From positions 1 to 47,525 of the forward strand of contig NW_013546556.1 in the NCBI RefSeq assembly GCF_000760515.2: 47,525 nt of DNA. Direction: 5' to 3'. Made by a program: the position numbers and the translations under genes. The notes under the pieces were generated by a model, which was not told the origin of the DNA, did no database searches, and worked only from the letters and a program-made list of their open reading frames with translations. Each line of letters begins with the position of its first letter. Position 1 is the first letter of the stretch. This DNA is from Mitosporidium daphniae. Its lineage: Eukaryota. Positions 45,105 to 47,525 of this stretch are shown one piece after another.

Positions 45105-45904
45105 ATGGGCAAGAAATTCATCGATAAGAAAAAATGCCGGGTGTTTAAAATCGTCCATCCCTCAAATTCTCAACAAAAAATAGCCTTCAAAGACATTACA
45201 CAAGTGGGTTGGCCATTTTTAACACATTAGCATCGCAAAGTCTCAACATCGGATTCGATAACCGATGAGCTTGCCAGGGTAAATTTGATTGACTATCCAT
45301 CCGAGCCCGAGGATGGCCAAACAGACCCTTCATGTTGTCTCAAAGAAGCCAGAAGATATGGCATAGAATTCAATGATGCTGATGAGTATGATTATCTGCA
45401 GCATATGATGCCGATTGTACCAGATGCAGGATTTTTTGACAATCCGAATTACCTGCTTAAGGTAAAGAGAGCCGGTTTTTAATTTCTAGCTAAAAGAAGA
45501 GGATGTTGAGCAAAAATCGAATCAAGACGTCATTGAGATTCTTCGAGAACTCGATTGTTTTGATAGCGTCGACAAAAACGATCATAGACCTGCACAGACC
45601 GCAAATTGTGAGGTTGTTCTTTCCCAGCTTTTAAGAGCAACAAAGGAGCACGATGATGACCCTCTAGCCTCCAATCTTGAGGATTTAGAGCCATTCCCGT
45701 CGTCTTCTGTAAACGAGGACGAGTTCAACAAGGTACCGCGTCTCGAACAAATTTGATCGTTAGATTTTGACCGAATATTCAGATGATGAAGATGATACCA
45801 ATGACCACGAAACTCCGTTAAATGGAATTTGCGGCGACCAATATAAAATGCCGGAATACATTTGCATGGATGATTTATTGGAAGACATTAACAGATATTT
45901 ATAA
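45105..45904 (+). CDS. LTV1: 40S biogenesis factor Ltv1, short form (237 aa); introns 45204-45230, 45462-45489, 45733-45763
   Basis: MGKKFIDKKK...FKIVH.S, YGIEF.D..EYDYLQHM, EF.K...EYSDDE. Confidence 0.85.
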
Positions 45905-45910
45905 TAGAGC

Positions 45911-46251
45911 CTAGGGATTCACCGGCGCATCCTTAAAAACGGGCAACTCGTTGAGATACTTATTTAATAAATCCCTAGCCTTAATGCTGTTAATGCTTAC
46001 TTTTGATTTGAAAGCTGAGCTTCTTTAGATTTTAGCTGCTCCAGGAGCTCCTCCTTGGTAAGCGAGGCCCGTTTTTCCTGCACAGATAGGTTGGCTGTCT
46101 GAAAAGCCAGTTGGCTCAGTTTTTCCATAAGGTTAGCCACAAGAACAAGGGTTGTGTTTTCCTGGTTAGAGGTTCCTATGTTTTTTTCATACGAAGATGT
46201 GATAGCAGAAAGAGCCGGAATCAATGATTCGTAGGCTATTTTGTTGGCCAT
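45911..46251 (-). CDS. Small helical protein, possibly Mediator subunit Med9; one intron
   Basis: Spliced ...LTKEELLEQLKSKEAQLSNQKDLLNKYLNELPVFK; size and coiled-coil C-terminus resemble Med9. Confidence 0.45.
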
Positions 46252-46272
46252 TAATAAAAATTTAATTTACGG

Positions 46273-47525
46273 TCAGCTGTTGTTGGAGAGCGCATTAGGT
46301 CTGATGCGAAGTTTCAGTTGAAAATTGGCGTTACAAGGTAGCTCTCTGAGGTTGAGAAATCTAGGGCTTGTCTTTCTTTCACATTTGCCGTTCAAAGATG
46401 AGTTGCCCAATGTTGGATTTATTTCCCGGCTATCATCCAGCACTATTTGTCGCTTGGATAAAATAGAAATTGCTTTCGGAAAGTAAAACGTTCTTCAATC
46501 TGAAAAATACCCATGAAAAGGGCTTAGAGACCTCAAATGTATGTATTTATTTTGCCGAAAAGCCTTCCAGATGTAAAAGTGGCTCATTAGTTGAGTCATA
46601 TAAATCATATAGTCTCACCCAGCCTAGCTATGGAGGATTGGCTTCAAGTTTATCTGAATTTGCACAGTCTACAGGTAATCTTAAGATTTTTATCAAACAA
46701 ATACTATTCGGCCACAAGTAAAGAAGAAAACCTACTTGTCGTGGCATTCGCTCAAAAATTTCTCCTTCATACTTTTATTTGTGCAGCCTTAAGTCTTACA
46801 CGGAATGCAAATCTTGCGATATCCCATTTATATCAAGTTTGAGGAAAGCTAAGAAAATCGCGTACCTTTAGGGCCGTATTGACAAAATTCACAAATTCGC
46901 CGGCTTTATATGCCCCGATGTTAGTGGACGTCTTAAGAACGTTACCAATTGAAGGTCTTTATTCAAGTTCATACCAATGCAAGCTCCAATAAGAGTTAGT
47001 AGCGAGACACAAAGCTTATCGGAAAAACTTTGCCTATCTTCATATAGTAGAGAGATCAGGATTATTAATTGATGTTATCAAGCCTAAGGAAATCGTTGCA
47101 AGATGGTAAACTTGAATCCGTTTTCAAGGCCTTGATTTTTAGATGCCATTTTTAGCTGGATGGATTCATACTGAGCGCTTTTAGCGATATCCGATGATGG
47201 AAATGCACTAAAAAGATGTCAAAAATTTGAAACTTTGACATTCCCTTGGTCTAATGGTAGAATCTGATGAAGTCTTAACTTGACATAAAGAATAACCGTC
47301 TGATGGCAGATTTTGCTTGCTTAGATAGATCCTTTGAAAAAGAAAAGAATACCCTTTGAAAAAATACCGACTTATCTGTTGATTCTGAAGACCCTCAAAA
47401 AGGTTTGAAACGTCTCCATCACATAAATTTCTGGAACGAAGACGTGTGCCTTGAATAAAAGCCAGAAATAATATTTTAAAGGTCCCGTTTAAGTTGGGCA
47501 CGAAATTGTCTCTTTGAAGTGGCCT
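46273..47525 (-). CDS. 3' part of an unidentified multi-exon, Leu-rich helical protein; 5' end outside the window
   Basis: Open minus-strand segments separated by GT-AG-like short introns, ending QLKLRIRPNALSNNS-TGA. No family recognised and exon boundaries not fully resolved. Confidence 0.5.

Noticed and set aside
1..47525. Stop-codon reassignment or widespread frameshifted pseudogenes
   Set aside because: Nearly all ORF breaks are resolved by short GT-AG introns, and TAA, TAG and TGA all end conserved genes.

Overview
Very compact eukaryotic nuclear DNA, not prokaryotic. I reconstruct about 33 protein-coding genes in 47.5 kb. Most are split by tiny spliceosomal GT-AG introns (23-43 nt), so the supplied ORF track misses or fragments many of them. 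Intergenic gaps are often 6-60 nt, and AATAAA frequently overlaps or abuts stop codons. The gene content combines microsporidia-like compaction with a working mitochondrion: AASS, glycine-cleavage T protein, SDHAF1/Sdh6, and predicted mitochondrial EF-P and Thg1-like proteins. It also includes genes not found in Dikarya model yeasts (INTS7, STK11/LKB1-like, SMPD4, SWEET, fused LKR-SDH). This suggests an early-branching microsporidian or rozellid such as Mitosporidium or Paramicrosporidium, which is inference only. The most interesting items are a 5-exon bacterial-type EF-P with a predicted mitochondrial presequence and an Arg at the usually modified loop tip, a predicted mitochondrial TLP-type 3'-5' polymerase (possible mt-tRNA 5' editing), a miniaturised INTS7, a GT-TG intron in AASS, a probable GTG start codon, and two outlier long introns inside a GC-rich block. 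All family calls come from hand-spliced translations and motif recall; no database search was run. No tRNA, rRNA, CRISPR array or transposon was recognised.
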